The notes under the pieces are model-generated. The model had not been told where the DNA came from and did not search any database. It was given only the letters and a program-made list of their open reading frames with translations. The translations under genes and the position numbers were made by a program. From a virus (lineage: Duplodnaviria; Caudoviricetes), in the IMG/VR virus record IMGVR_UViG_3300030101_002605, positions 1 to 37,075 of that record: a stretch of DNA of 37,075 bases; one strand, written 5' to 3'. Positions 20,361 through 28,774 of the stretch are shown here, piece by piece. Each line of letters begins with the position of its first letter. Positions within the stretch are counted from its first letter, which is position 1.

Positions 20361-20777
20361 ATGTCAGTGTCAATGCAAAAAAGTGAAAAAGATATTTTTA
20401 ATATTACTTTTACAGTGCTAGGGGAACCATGTTCCAAAGCAAATCAAAGACAATTAGTGAAGATTAATAACCGAATAGTTCCAATAAAGTCTAAAAAAGC
20501 ATTGGGTTATGTTAAGAGTTTTCAAGAACAAGTTCCTAAAATTGATCCCATGACAGAGGACTATGTCAAGGTGGAGATGATGATTTACTACGCATCTAGG
20601 AGACCAGACTTGGACGAATCACTTATCTTGGATTGTATGCAAAACTACATCTACTACAACGACAGACAGGTCAAAGCGAAACATATTTTCTGGGGTCTCG
20701 ATAAAGAAAACCCAAGAACTATTATACGAGTAAGCACCTACAACCATGAGGACACACCAAGCTACTTGACAATCTGA
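20361..20777 (+). CDS. rusA: RusA-like Holliday junction resolvase
   Basis: GEPCSKAN, RRPDLD..LILDCMQ...YNDRQV, DKENPR. Confidence 0.8.
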   Translation: MSVSMQKSEKDIFNITFTVLGEPCSKANQRQLVKINNRIVPIKSKKALGYVKSFQEQVPKIDPMTEDYVKVEMMIYYASRRPDLDESLILDCMQNYIYYNDRQVKAKHIFWGLDKENPRTIIRVSTYNHEDTPSYLTI

Positions 20778-20818
20778 GAGGTCTTGAATTAAATAGAAAA
20801 AGTCAGAGTGTAGGAATC

Positions 20819-22564
20819 ATGGAAAACGTACAGATAAACGTCATGGTTCGAAATTTAGGTGTTGGTCAACATAAAATACATTGCCCAAGTTTTGAATGCC
20901 GTGACAGGAAGAAGAAAAATTTACGAACCCTATCGGTCAAAGTAGACCCAGATGGGGCAGTTTATTATTGTCATCACTGTAGTCTCTCTGGTTCCGATAA
21001 TTACAAAGAAGAAAGAGAGGTAACACCGATGTCAGTAGTGAAACAATTAGATGAAAAACCCTTAACAAACAATGGGTTAGACTGGTTGACAAAGAGAGGT
21101 ATCAGCGAAAAGACAGCCAGTAAGATTGGTTTAAAAAGTTTAAATAATTACATCAATTCCGTGGGGCAGGAAACAGAGTGCGTAAGTTTTCCCTACACTA
21201 ATCAAGGTCAAGTCTACGCATCCAAGATACGATCCATCAAAGACAAAGGCTTTGCTTGCAATGGATCGCCACAAACATTTTTCAACATAGATAATATAGA
21301 CCCAGATAAACCATTAATCGTATGTGAAGGCGAGATGGATGTACTTAGCTTCATGGAAGTTGGGTACGATAATTGTGTAAGTGTTCCCAATGGAGCCGTC
21401 ATGAAAGTCGTGGACGGCAAGATAGACCCAGAGTCAGATAACAAGTTTAGGTTCCTATGGAATGCAAAAGACGTTCTAGAGAATGTGGAAAAGATTATTA
21501 TCGCAACCGATGACGACTCTGCTGGCAAAGCAATGTCAGAAGAGATAGCGAGGAGAGTGGGTAGACATAAGTGCTATCGATTTAAATATCCAGAGGGTTG
21601 CAAGGATGCAAACGATGTTCTGATGCAAAAAAGTTCTAGGGAACTTTTCCAAAGCATAGATCAGGCAGAGCCGTTTCCAGTGTCAGGTTTGTACGATGCG
21701 AATCATTTCTACAAAAAGTTAGAGAAGTTATACACTGATGGCTTTGGTAAAGGAGAGTCGACAGGGTATGAGAACGTAGATGATCTGTACACCATAGTTA
21801 CAGGACAGATTACTGTGGTAACAGGTCATCCAAGTTCTGGTAAGTCAGAGTTTGTAGATCAGTTGATGGTAAACTTAGCAAAGAGCAAGGGGTGGAAATT
21901 TGCCGTCTGTAGCTTCGAAAATCAACCAGACATACATTTAGCCAAATTAATCTCCAAGCACTGTGGTAAGCCGTTTTTTGATGGTCTCAGTCCAAGAATG
22001 ACCAAGGATGATCTATCGAAAGGTAAAGACTTCTTGCAAGAGCATTTTAGTTTTGTGCATCAAGCCGATGGTTCATTAGCAACACTGTCATCAATCATAG
22101 AAAGATTAAAGGTAGCAGTGCTACGTCATGGTGTTAGAGGATGTGTCATCGACCCATATAACTACATAGCCAAACCAAACGATGTGAAGGAGACTGATTG
22201 GGTTTCTGATATGCTGACACAACTACGAGTGTTTGCTCAAAGTTATGATGTCCACCTTTGGTTTATCGCTCACCCAACAAAGATGTTGAGGGATAGTTCT
22301 GGTAAGGTTCCTGTTCCAAAAGGATATGATATATCTGGTAGTGCATCCTGGTTTAGTAAAGCTGATGTGGGTCTCACTGTACACAGACCCAACCCATCCG
22401 AATCAAACGTCACTGAAATACATTCATGGAAGTGTAGATACTCATGGGTCGGCAAGCAGGGAGATACGTCTCTTAACTACAATGCTGTTACATCATCCTA
22501 TAGTGAGATGAAACCCAAGGGTATATACGATGACTTCATTGGAGATGATGACCCTCCTTTCTGA
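20819..22564 (+). CDS. Primase-helicase (Zn finger + TOPRIM + SF4 helicase; T7 gp4/Twinkle-like)
   Basis: CPxxxC...CHHC, CEGEMD, DDDSAG, KDAND, Walker A GHPSSGKS, VIDPYN, AHP, YDISGS. Confidence 0.95.
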   Translation: MENVQINVMVRNLGVGQHKIHCPSFECRDRKKKNLRTLSVKVDPDGAVYYCHHCSLSGSDNYKEEREVTPMSVVKQLDEKPLTNNGLDWLTKRGISEKTASKIGLKSLNNYINSVGQETECVSFPYTNQGQVYASKIRSIKDKGFACNGSPQTFFNIDNIDPDKPLIVCEGEMDVLSFMEVGYDNCVSVPNGAVMKVVDGKIDPESDNKFRFLWNAKDVLENVEKIIIATDDDSAGKAMSEEIARRVGRHKCYRFKYPEGCKDANDVLMQKSSRELFQSIDQAEPFPVSGLYDANHFYKKLEKLYTDGFGKGESTGYENVDDLYTIVTGQITVVTGHPSSGKSEFVDQLMVNLAKSKGWKFAVCSFENQPDIHLAKLISKHCGKPFFDGLSPRMTKDDLSKGKDFLQEHFSFVHQADGSLATLSSIIERLKVAVLRHGVRGCVIDPYNYIAKPNDVKETDWVSDMLTQLRVFAQSYDVHLWFIAHPTKMLRDSSGKVPVPKGYDISGSASWFSKADVGLTVHRPNPSESNVTEIHSWKCRYSWVGKQGDTSLNYNAVTSSYSEMKPKGIYDDFIGDDDPPF

Positions 22565-22659
22565 ACAAAGTTGGTCACGAGCAGTTGGACACGATGTGAT
22601 GATAAGTCCACATCTTGTGCCGAGCCGAAACCAAAACGCAAAATATTGAGCCGACAACC

Positions 22660-22689
22660 TTGACAAAATAAAGAAAAAAGATTTATATC
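22660..22689 (+). promoter_or_regulatory. Putative sigma70 promoter for a small RNA
   Basis: Perfect TTGACA (22660-22665), A-rich 17-18 nt spacer, TTATAT/TATATC -10; no ORF between it and the terminator 80 bp downstream. Confidence 0.6.
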
Positions 22690-22691
22690 TG

Positions 22692-22765
22692 AATTGACCA
22701 ATGTAATTTTCACTCTGACAAGATTGTGTCAATTTAACTGAGCCTCTTCGGAGGCTCTTTTTTTT
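22692..22765 (+). ncRNA. Candidate sRNA with anti-RBS seed UUUUCACUC
   Basis: Stem AATTGAC-CAAT / ATTG-T-GTCAATT enclosing TTTTCACTC (22707-22715), followed by an intrinsic terminator. Confidence 0.55.
22740..22765 (+). terminator. Rho-independent terminator
   Basis: GAGCCTC-TTCG-GAGGCTC followed by T8. Confidence 0.92.
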
Positions 22766-22799
22766 GGTTGGAAACGCGGGACCCCCGTGCCAGCATCCA

Positions 22800-22819
22800 A
22801 AAAGTTATATAGAACTTTT
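22800..22819. repeat. Palindromic box between the two convergent terminators
   Basis: AAAAGTT-ATATAG-AACTTTT; the 22-mer is identical to 1722-1743. Confidence 0.85.
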
Positions 22820-22839
22820 TTATTCTCAAAAAAAAAGAC

Positions 22840-22874
22840 AAAAAAAAAGCCCCCAGACAAAATGTCTGAGGGCT
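22840..22874 (-). terminator. Rho-independent terminator of the leftward operon
   Basis: Minus strand AGCCCUCAGACA-UUU-UGUCUGGGGGCU followed by a U-run; the single mismatch is a U-G pair only on the minus strand. Confidence 0.88.
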
Positions 22875-23000
22875 GAGTTGGGAGGAAAGTGTCTGCTAAA
22901 AAAAAGTGGGGATAGGCATTAAGGATTGTTTCGGAAACCTATCCCCAAGTTTTCCAATGGGCAAAGGGGAGTGAACCCTTAGCAGGCAGATGCCCATTGG
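22875..23000 (-). ncRNA. Structured 3'UTR / candidate sRNA with anti-SD motifs
   Basis: Two perfect 10-bp stems (22907-22947; 22954-23000) with loop motifs AUCCUUA and UUCACUC, plus unpaired UUUCCUCCC. Confidence 0.45.
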
Positions 23001-23004
23001 TGTT

Positions 23005-23265
23005 CTATTCTAAACCTCGGAGTTCTTTTCTCCAAGTAGAAATTAGATTGCTCAAACCCTCGGCACACTCTAGCCGACCAGATAAGATACGATCTTCCTC
23101 TGCATCTGATTTCTGAGGGTCTTGATTTTTATTATCGTTTATCTCGCCTTTTAACCACTGCTCAACTCGATAAAGAATAACTGCGTCATGCCAAATGTCT
23201 TGCGTCACGCTAAGATTTGGCTTTTCATTTGGCTCGATATTTTTCCATTTAATTTTACTGTTCAT
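23005..23265 (-). CDS. Hypothetical early protein
   Basis: AGGAGTGAAAAA-ATG RBS; ILSGRLECAEGL...W motif. Confidence 0.75.
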   Translation of the reverse strand: MNSKIKWKNIEPNEKPNLSVTQDIWHDAVILYRVEQWLKGEINDNKNQDPQKSDAEEDRILSGRLECAEGLSNLISTWRKELRGLE

Positions 23266-23651
23266 TTTTTCACTCCTATATAATTAATATAATTTAAAAA
23301 CCATTGCATAAATGACCTACAATCAATGTTAGTTTCTACACAACCACATCTAAATTGATCAGATTGAAACCTAAATTCGTATTGCCACTCCATACCCTTG
23401 GGGTGATAAAAGTACAAGTCACCTGTGCCATAATCGTGATTGCTGATTTCATTTATTCTTCTGTTTATTGTTCTATGTTTCCAATTAACATGAGCATAAA
23501 AAGAGCCTTTGGGTAGTGGGTCTTCTACGTCATCATAACCTCTAGAATATTTAGGCTCATAAGATATTATTCCCATTCGCAACATTTCTACATTATCTTG
23601 AAAGCCATCATTATTCTCTCCAAGTAAACCAAGTGCAGTTTCTTTTTTCAT
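23262..23651 (-). CDS. Hypothetical early protein (129 aa)
   Basis: Start moved to MKKET (AGAGTGAAAAA-ATG); ATGA coupling downstream. Confidence 0.7.
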   Translation of the reverse strand: MKKETALGLLGENNDGFQDNVEMLRMGIISYEPKYSRGYDDVEDPLPKGSFYAHVNWKHRTINRRINEISNHDYGTGDLYFYHPKGMEWQYEFRFQSDQFRCGCVETNIDCRSFMQWFLNYINYIGVKK

Positions 23652-23725
23652 TTTTTCACTCTCTTTCTGATACATGATTGCATCCACAGGGAGACTATCG
23701 CTAGTCTCCCAAGGGATAAAATCAT

Positions 23726-23917
23726 CTAGTAATCGGCTCCCCAAAAGCCAATTAATAAGAAGACAAAGTCCACAAGGGCGAGACTCGCCCATGTAGACAG
23801 TTGATCAAAGTCATCGATAGCTATCGAGTTAATAACACCGAGGGTTATTATCCAGAACGCTATACCAGAAACAACCAAGACCTTATTGAGAAAACCTCTA
23901 TTCCAAAATTCAAACAT
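23726..23917 (-). CDS. Small two-TM membrane protein
   Basis: MFEFWNRG start with G-rich RBS; two hydrophobic stretches. Confidence 0.65.
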   Translation of the reverse strand: MFEFWNRGFLNKVLVVSGIAFWIITLGVINSIAIDDFDQLSTWASLALVDFVFLLIGFWGADY

Positions 23918-24053
23918 TGGTTCCCCCCATCTCGATAGAAAAAGCACACCAGATAAAGATAAGCACTAGTATGCCCATGAATACAAAGATGCAGTTGAAA
24001 ATATCGATAGGGTGCATCTCCTTAATGTAATTTAATATTTCTCGAATAGTCAT
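23910..24053 (-). CDS. Small single-TM membrane protein (47 aa) absent from the ORF track
   Basis: MTIREILNYIKEMHPIDIFNCIFVFMGILVLIFIWCAFSIEMGGTNV*; GGGAG RBS; fills the gap exactly. Confidence 0.6.
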   Translation of the reverse strand: MTIREILNYIKEMHPIDIFNCIFVFMGILVLIFIWCAFSIEMGGTNV

Positions 24054-24055
24054 GA

Positions 24056-24901
24056 TTAATCTCCCAATAAAGTTGAAGTTGCTCTGCTATTGTATCGTCT
24101 CTCGATAAGAGAATAAGCAGAATGAATGTCCTTACCAACACCGACCAGATCGTCTTCCATAGTCTTCTTACGCAAGACCCACCAATCAGAATGCACCTCT
24201 GGCTGAAACTTTGTGCCTCTACGCTTGAATGCAAAGTCAACTAGAAGAGCCTTGAAAGATTCGATACCCTCTTCGACTAGGTAGTCCTTGGGTTCGCTTT
24301 GCAAGTCCATCACTAGGTATCTACGCTTACCAGACTCCACACAGTCGAGACCTTTATTTTGAACTTTCCACTTCCAAGTATATGGTGGGCATAGTGTTTC
24401 GCCAAGGTGACTGGTCAAAGGATAAACTGACTCAGTGTTTAAATTTGGTCTACGCTTTTTAATAGTGACATTGGTGTATGCCTTGGGAAAGTGACTACGC
24501 ATCGTATCACGAAAAGCCATATCGTTTTCCATCATACGCAACTCAAGCCTATCAAGATCAGCACATACAATCTTGCCATCCTTGACGTTGTAGGTCTCGC
24601 CTCTGGCATCTGCACGAAACTCTCGTATATGCTTGATCGCATCGGCTATGCCTTTGATTGCAAGCATAGTGCTTTCGTCTTTAGTTGGGGCAGATTGTCG
24701 TAAGTTCATTAGGTAATCCCTTACGTCATCATCGAAATTTCTATTTATACTGAAACCATAGAAATGTTTAGCAGTCATCTGCTTGTGCAACTCTTGCACA
24801 ACCTTAGACGGCACTTGATAGATTTTTCGCATCATATCAATCTGCTCTTGATACAAAGCCACCATCTTGTGAGGTGGCAGTACGTTAGAAAATATTGTCA
24901 T
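24056..24901 (-). CDS. Hypothetical early protein (281 aa)
   Basis: Long ORF with AAGGAGTGAAACA-ATG RBS. Confidence 0.8.
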   Translation of the reverse strand: MTIFSNVLPPHKMVALYQEQIDMMRKIYQVPSKVVQELHKQMTAKHFYGFSINRNFDDDVRDYLMNLRQSAPTKDESTMLAIKGIADAIKHIREFRADARGETYNVKDGKIVCADLDRLELRMMENDMAFRDTMRSHFPKAYTNVTIKKRRPNLNTESVYPLTSHLGETLCPPYTWKWKVQNKGLDCVESGKRRYLVMDLQSEPKDYLVEEGIESFKALLVDFAFKRRGTKFQPEVHSDWWVLRKKTMEDDLVGVGKDIHSAYSLIERRYNSRATSTLLGD

Positions 24902-25080
24902 TGTTTCACTCCTTTATGACAGTTGAAATTATAGGGGAGTTTGATGTTGATAAGGATAAACTCCCACACCGAAAACAGCCTTGCAATTAGAGGTTTGAGC
25001 CTTGTTTAAAGAGTAGTAAACCATGATCGCACCGACCAAAATATACTCTGATACCCAAGGGTACCTCGATAGGGATCGAA

Positions 25081-25100
25081 AAAAGTTACATATAACTTTT
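25081..25100. repeat. Palindromic box within a longer inverted repeat
   Basis: AAAAGTT-ACATAT-AACTTTT flanked by GGGATC/GATCCC. Confidence 0.85.
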
Positions 25101-25115
25101 ATGATCCCCATCCAG

Positions 25116-25556
25116 TTACTCTTGTTTTTTCCAATAACCATACACTGCACGATTAACATTACCCAGAGCATCGTATCGTCTCGGATCGTGGTAATGATTA
25201 ATAACTCCATCGATAACAGCAACAAGATCGCCAGATACTTTTACAATAAGGTTACCCTCTGGCAGTTCTTCTTTACGCAGATGCACCTCTACTCCAGAGC
25301 CTATACGCATTGTCGAATGCCAATCGAAACCAATACTGCAAATGTAATCTTTGACCTTTTGGTATTGAACTCGTCTCGACTTCGATGCGTCATGTATCAA
25401 TTTCATTTGCTCATGGGCATCGATGTAGGAAATGTCAGAGGCGATAGCTATCGCCACTGAACCAAAATATAGTTTAGGTTTTCTAGCATTTGGATGCTTG
25501 GGAAGGAATGGATGATAGAACCATTCCCCCCCATCGTTGTGCTTGTACTCCATCAC
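25116..25556 (-). CDS. Conserved phage protein (NDGG...AIAIA family), possibly an inactive peptidase fold
   Basis: YKHNDGG, AIAIA, GFDW..TM.IGSG..VHL..ELPEG.LIV.VS..LVAVIDG, R.VYGYW. Confidence 0.75.
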   Translation of the reverse strand: MMEYKHNDGGEWFYHPFLPKHPNARKPKLYFGSVAIAIASDISYIDAHEQMKLIHDASKSRRVQYQKVKDYICSIGFDWHSTMRIGSGVEVHLRKEELPEGNLIVKVSGDLVAVIDGVINHYHDPRRYDALGNVNRAVYGYWKKQE

Positions 25557-26815
25557 TGATCCACCTTGATAGTCTCGCCAAAGGGTGCCTCACTCTTGGT
25601 AGGCGATACGTTGACCCAGAGGACAGGATAGTGAGGTGCCTCTTTTGGATAGTCAAAGATACCCATGTCAGTAAAGACCACAAGCCGATCAACCTCGATA
25701 CCTGTCTCCTCGATGTAGTCAAAGACAGGCTGAACACAGGTGCCACCTCTGCCCTTGATGTTGATCTTCTCGACCTCTTCGCCTTGATCAAAGAACTGCA
25801 CCTTATCTGCGTTAACACTCGCATCGAATGGTATCACTGTTACACTCTCTGGCTTGAGGGTCTCGCAGAGATAGTTCAACTCGGTAAAGCCTTTCTTTAA
25901 CTCGGAGTCATGAACTGATCCAGACTGATCCTGTGCAACAACCACATGACCAATGCCTCTTCTCTTGATAGTCGGATCAATAACTCCTGTAGTGCGATAC
26001 CTAACGATGTTGATCTTTTCATCGCTCCAACCATCTGGACAATCGCCACCTTTCATAAACCTGTCGAACTGATCAGACCATAGAATGGTAGGCTCTAGCA
26101 ACTCATCGATGATGCCATGCAACTCGGTAGGAATATCTCCTCGGCTCCTATGCTGACTAGCATTAAGTAGCTTTTGATCTGCGTCTGCCTCGGCAAGCTT
26201 GTATTCAGTCTCTGACAAAGCAGAACCATCGGCTTTCTTTGGCTCGATAACATCGCCCCAACCTTGAGGCTGAGGAGCCGAACCACCACCAGACTCGCTT
26301 GGCTGATTGCCAGAACCTTGACCTTGTTGATTGCCTTGACCATCGGTAGGCTGACCATCATCTCCCTCATCGCCCTTGCCTTTGGTGGGTGGCTCTGGTG
26401 GCTCCGACATATCTTCTCTGATCTTGTTGTAGATAGTCTCGGCTGTAAAGGTGCTATACTCATCTTTGAATAAGGCACCCTCTGGCAAAGTAAACCCACC
26501 TCTTTTTAGGATGTGATTGATAGCATAATCGCAAGCGATATTCCAAAGCTGATGCACTCGACCTCTCATACGCAATGCGTGTTTGAAAAGAATGTGCAAC
26601 ACCTCGTGAGCGAATACTCCAACGACCTCTTGCTCAGTAATGCTATCGACAAAGGCTCGGTTCCAGAAAATACTGGAACCATCGGTAGCCATAGTCATAA
26701 CAGTGTTATCCTCTCGGACAACACTGCTCAGTAATGTAGACCCATAGAATGGGTGCTTTAAGATCAGATAAGTTTTAGCCTTAGCGATCTTTTTATCTGC
26801 ATCGAGTGTGATCAT
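25553..26815 (-). CDS. DUF2201-type metallopeptidase + VWA-like protein
   Basis: HPFYG, TMATDG, AHEVLH, WNIACDYAIN; G/Q linker; DQSGS, GRGGT, FTD. Confidence 0.9.
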   Translation of the reverse strand: MITLDADKKIAKAKTYLILKHPFYGSTLLSSVVREDNTVMTMATDGSSIFWNRAFVDSITEQEVVGVFAHEVLHILFKHALRMRGRVHQLWNIACDYAINHILKRGGFTLPEGALFKDEYSTFTAETIYNKIREDMSEPPEPPTKGKGDEGDDGQPTDGQGNQQGQGSGNQPSESGGGSAPQPQGWGDVIEPKKADGSALSETEYKLAEADADQKLLNASQHRSRGDIPTELHGIIDELLEPTILWSDQFDRFMKGGDCPDGWSDEKINIVRYRTTGVIDPTIKRRGIGHVVVAQDQSGSVHDSELKKGFTELNYLCETLKPESVTVIPFDASVNADKVQFFDQGEEVEKINIKGRGGTCVQPVFDYIEETGIEVDRLVVFTDMGIFDYPKEAPHYPVLWVNVSPTKSEAPFGETIKVDQ

Positions 26816-27885
26816 ATCATTAACTCCCTACCAGTTGATCTTAACCATGCTTTAACATCTGGGTGCTTGGCAAAAGAGTTGTCTCTTCTGACTGCATCCT
26901 TGATGCAAACGACTGCCATCTCTTGAGATGTAAGCCTTGAAACATAAGCAATAATCTTGCCCATGTTTGCGTTGTTAGCCTTGAGAGACAAGGCACCACA
27001 AAGAGCATACTGAACGTCTGGTCTCTCTGGTATTCTTGCAGTCTCTGCGTTAGCGATTAGGTTGTCCAAGTCCAAGAACTCTGGAACGTCCTTGATGATC
27101 TTAAGGAAACCGATAAAATCTGCACAGGCTGACTCGCCAACAATGCCAGAGATGATCTGCTGAAGAACTGATCCAGTCAAACCCTGTAGCTTGAGAGCAT
27201 TACTTACTCGCTCCCATGATCTAGGGTTGCTATTGCAATCGGCTAAGGGATCATTCTTGCAGAAGAACTCGCCCCCTCTCGCTCTGAGATAGGAATAAAC
27301 TTTGAAATCCCACCCAGACTCTGCACCATGATTGCAAGTGTCTTCTAAGTCTGCATCGGCAAAAAGATAGACCAAGCAGTCTCTGAAATGAGAGGGCAAT
27401 CTCTTGGCTCCTGCCTTGTCCATAACTCTGTTACCAGCAAGTACAACGAACCAACCCTCTGGCAGTTTGTACTGACCTACACCGAGACCAAGTACCAACT
27501 GTCTAGCGACATTTATAACCATTGGGTCTGCCTCTGGTGCCTCATCTAAAAAGAACATACCCTTTTTAAATCCTTGGTTGTACAACTCCCAAATCTTATG
27601 GTGCCAATCTGGCTCGGCAGTCACTACCTTGGTGCCATCATCGTTAGGCAACTTTTGCCCACCTAAAAGTGATGGCTCTACCTCGGCTAATCGATAGGTA
27701 AAAATGCCCCAGTCATCGCCAAGAATTTTCTTGGCATCGTGGACGCAACAAGTCTTACCGATTCCTGGTTCGCCTACCACAAAAGGATTTAGGATAGATG
27801 CATCAGTAGCCTTACCAGACTGCTGATTTGCTAGGTTGTGTGTCATAATTGAAACGATTGAGTCTCTAATATCTGTAAATCTCAT
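26812..27885 (-). CDS. MoxR-like AAA+ ATPase
   Basis: GEPGIGKT, FFLDE, LAGNR..D.AG, NPRSWE; start moved to MRFTD with RBS AAGGAGTG. Confidence 0.9.
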   Translation of the reverse strand: MRFTDIRDSIVSIMTHNLANQQSGKATDASILNPFVVGEPGIGKTCCVHDAKKILGDDWGIFTYRLAEVEPSLLGGQKLPNDDGTKVVTAEPDWHHKIWELYNQGFKKGMFFLDEAPEADPMVINVARQLVLGLGVGQYKLPEGWFVVLAGNRVMDKAGAKRLPSHFRDCLVYLFADADLEDTCNHGAESGWDFKVYSYLRARGGEFFCKNDPLADCNSNPRSWERVSNALKLQGLTGSVLQQIISGIVGESACADFIGFLKIIKDVPEFLDLDNLIANAETARIPERPDVQYALCGALSLKANNANMGKIIAYVSRLTSQEMAVVCIKDAVRRDNSFAKHPDVKAWLRSTGRELMI

Positions 27886-27945
27886 TTTTTCACTCCTTAT
27901 AATTGATTGAGATTGATTGATGCTGATTGCACCTATCAAGGCAGT

Positions 27946-27965
27946 AAAAGTTATAGGGAACTTTT
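27946..27965. repeat. Palindromic box within a longer inverted repeat
   Basis: AAAAGTT-ATAGGG-AACTTTT flanked by GGCAGT/ACTGCC. Confidence 0.85.
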
Positions 27966-27986
27966 TTACTGCCCTGTTAGACATAA

Positions 27987-28691
27987 TCAGAATGGGTTGT
28001 TGTCTAAGTCTGCTTGAGCCTTAGCGTCTGCATTTGCAGAGGCTACCAACTGAGCAGAGCAATCGTTGACCTCTTCGTTGATCTTCTGCTCTTCTTTTTT
28101 GGTCTTCTCTGCCTTGGCACCCTTGGCATTCATCTTGTCTTTGGCAGTCTTGGTTGCCTCAAATACCTCTTCGAACTTTCGCAAGTCTCTAGCATCAAGA
28201 CCACCTTTCCAACCACCACCATCTTTAGTCGGCTTGCCAAGGATTTTCTCTACAAGCTTTTCAACCTCTGATTGATCCTGTCTCTGTGGATCAAAATGCT
28301 TGATCAACTTAGCCTCAGAGGTCACACCCAGAGCATCAAATTTATTCTTGATCTCTTGTACTAGGGTTGCTCCAGATAGGTTGTGCATCTTCTTGAGAGT
28401 GCCATCCTTGTGAAAGCTTTCGAAAACCCACTGAGTTTTCTCTACTACTTTTTTCAACTTGGAGGGCGAAAGCTTAGCCTCTTCTGAGCAGTCCTTACGA
28501 AATGCCTTAACGTCTTTAGTTGAGATTGTAGGCTCCTTGTACTTGGCAAAGGCTGAGACAGTGACGCAGTAAATGTCGATGTTGCCTTGATTGATAGCCT
28601 CGGCATTAGCCTTGTTATGCTTTCGCATTACCTCAATGTTTGAGGCTGTTTCTCTGATTGTAGTCGCTTGATCTTTAGTTAATATTGTCAT
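27987..28691 (-). CDS. Hypothetical helical Lys/Ala-rich early protein
   Basis: Start moved to ATG 28691 because the track's GTG lies inside the RBS AGGAGTG; acidic/PF tail. Confidence 0.8.
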   Translation of the reverse strand: MTILTKDQATTIRETASNIEVMRKHNKANAEAINQGNIDIYCVTVSAFAKYKEPTISTKDVKAFRKDCSEEAKLSPSKLKKVVEKTQWVFESFHKDGTLKKMHNLSGATLVQEIKNKFDALGVTSEAKLIKHFDPQRQDQSEVEKLVEKILGKPTKDGGGWKGGLDARDLRKFEEVFEATKTAKDKMNAKGAKAEKTKKEEQKINEEVNDCSAQLVASANADAKAQADLDNNPF

Positions 28692-28774
28692 GGTTTTCAC
28701 TCCTATTTGACGTTGATTTTTGCCCTGTAATTACAGGCGAGTCGAGCCTCAACTGAGGCTCTCATCGTTTGTAA

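Noticed and set aside
22493-22732. Two minus-strand ORFs (79 and 71 aa) starting near TTTTCACTC
   Set aside because: They overlap the primase 3' end on the opposite strand and lie beyond the leftward terminator. The GAGTGAAAA is not followed by a properly spaced ATG, so the sRNA reading is preferred, though a small gene is not fully excluded.
22764-22800. GC-rich hairpin ending CCAACCA on the minus strand, tRNA-like
   Set aside because: No T-loop, D-arm or cloverleaf, and it is too short.
23652-23792. N-terminal extension of the 176-aa ORF
   Set aside because: It overlaps the membrane-protein gene and a hairpin; the RBS supports 23651.
27886-27984. N-terminal extension of the AAA ATPase in the ORF track
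   Set aside because: It runs through the palindrome hairpin and micro-repeats; a strong RBS marks ATG 27885.
28738-28770. Minus strand CGAUGA-stem-GACUC resembling a hammerhead ribozyme core
   Set aside because: It lacks the CUGANGA and GAAA core residues, so it is kept only as a hairpin.
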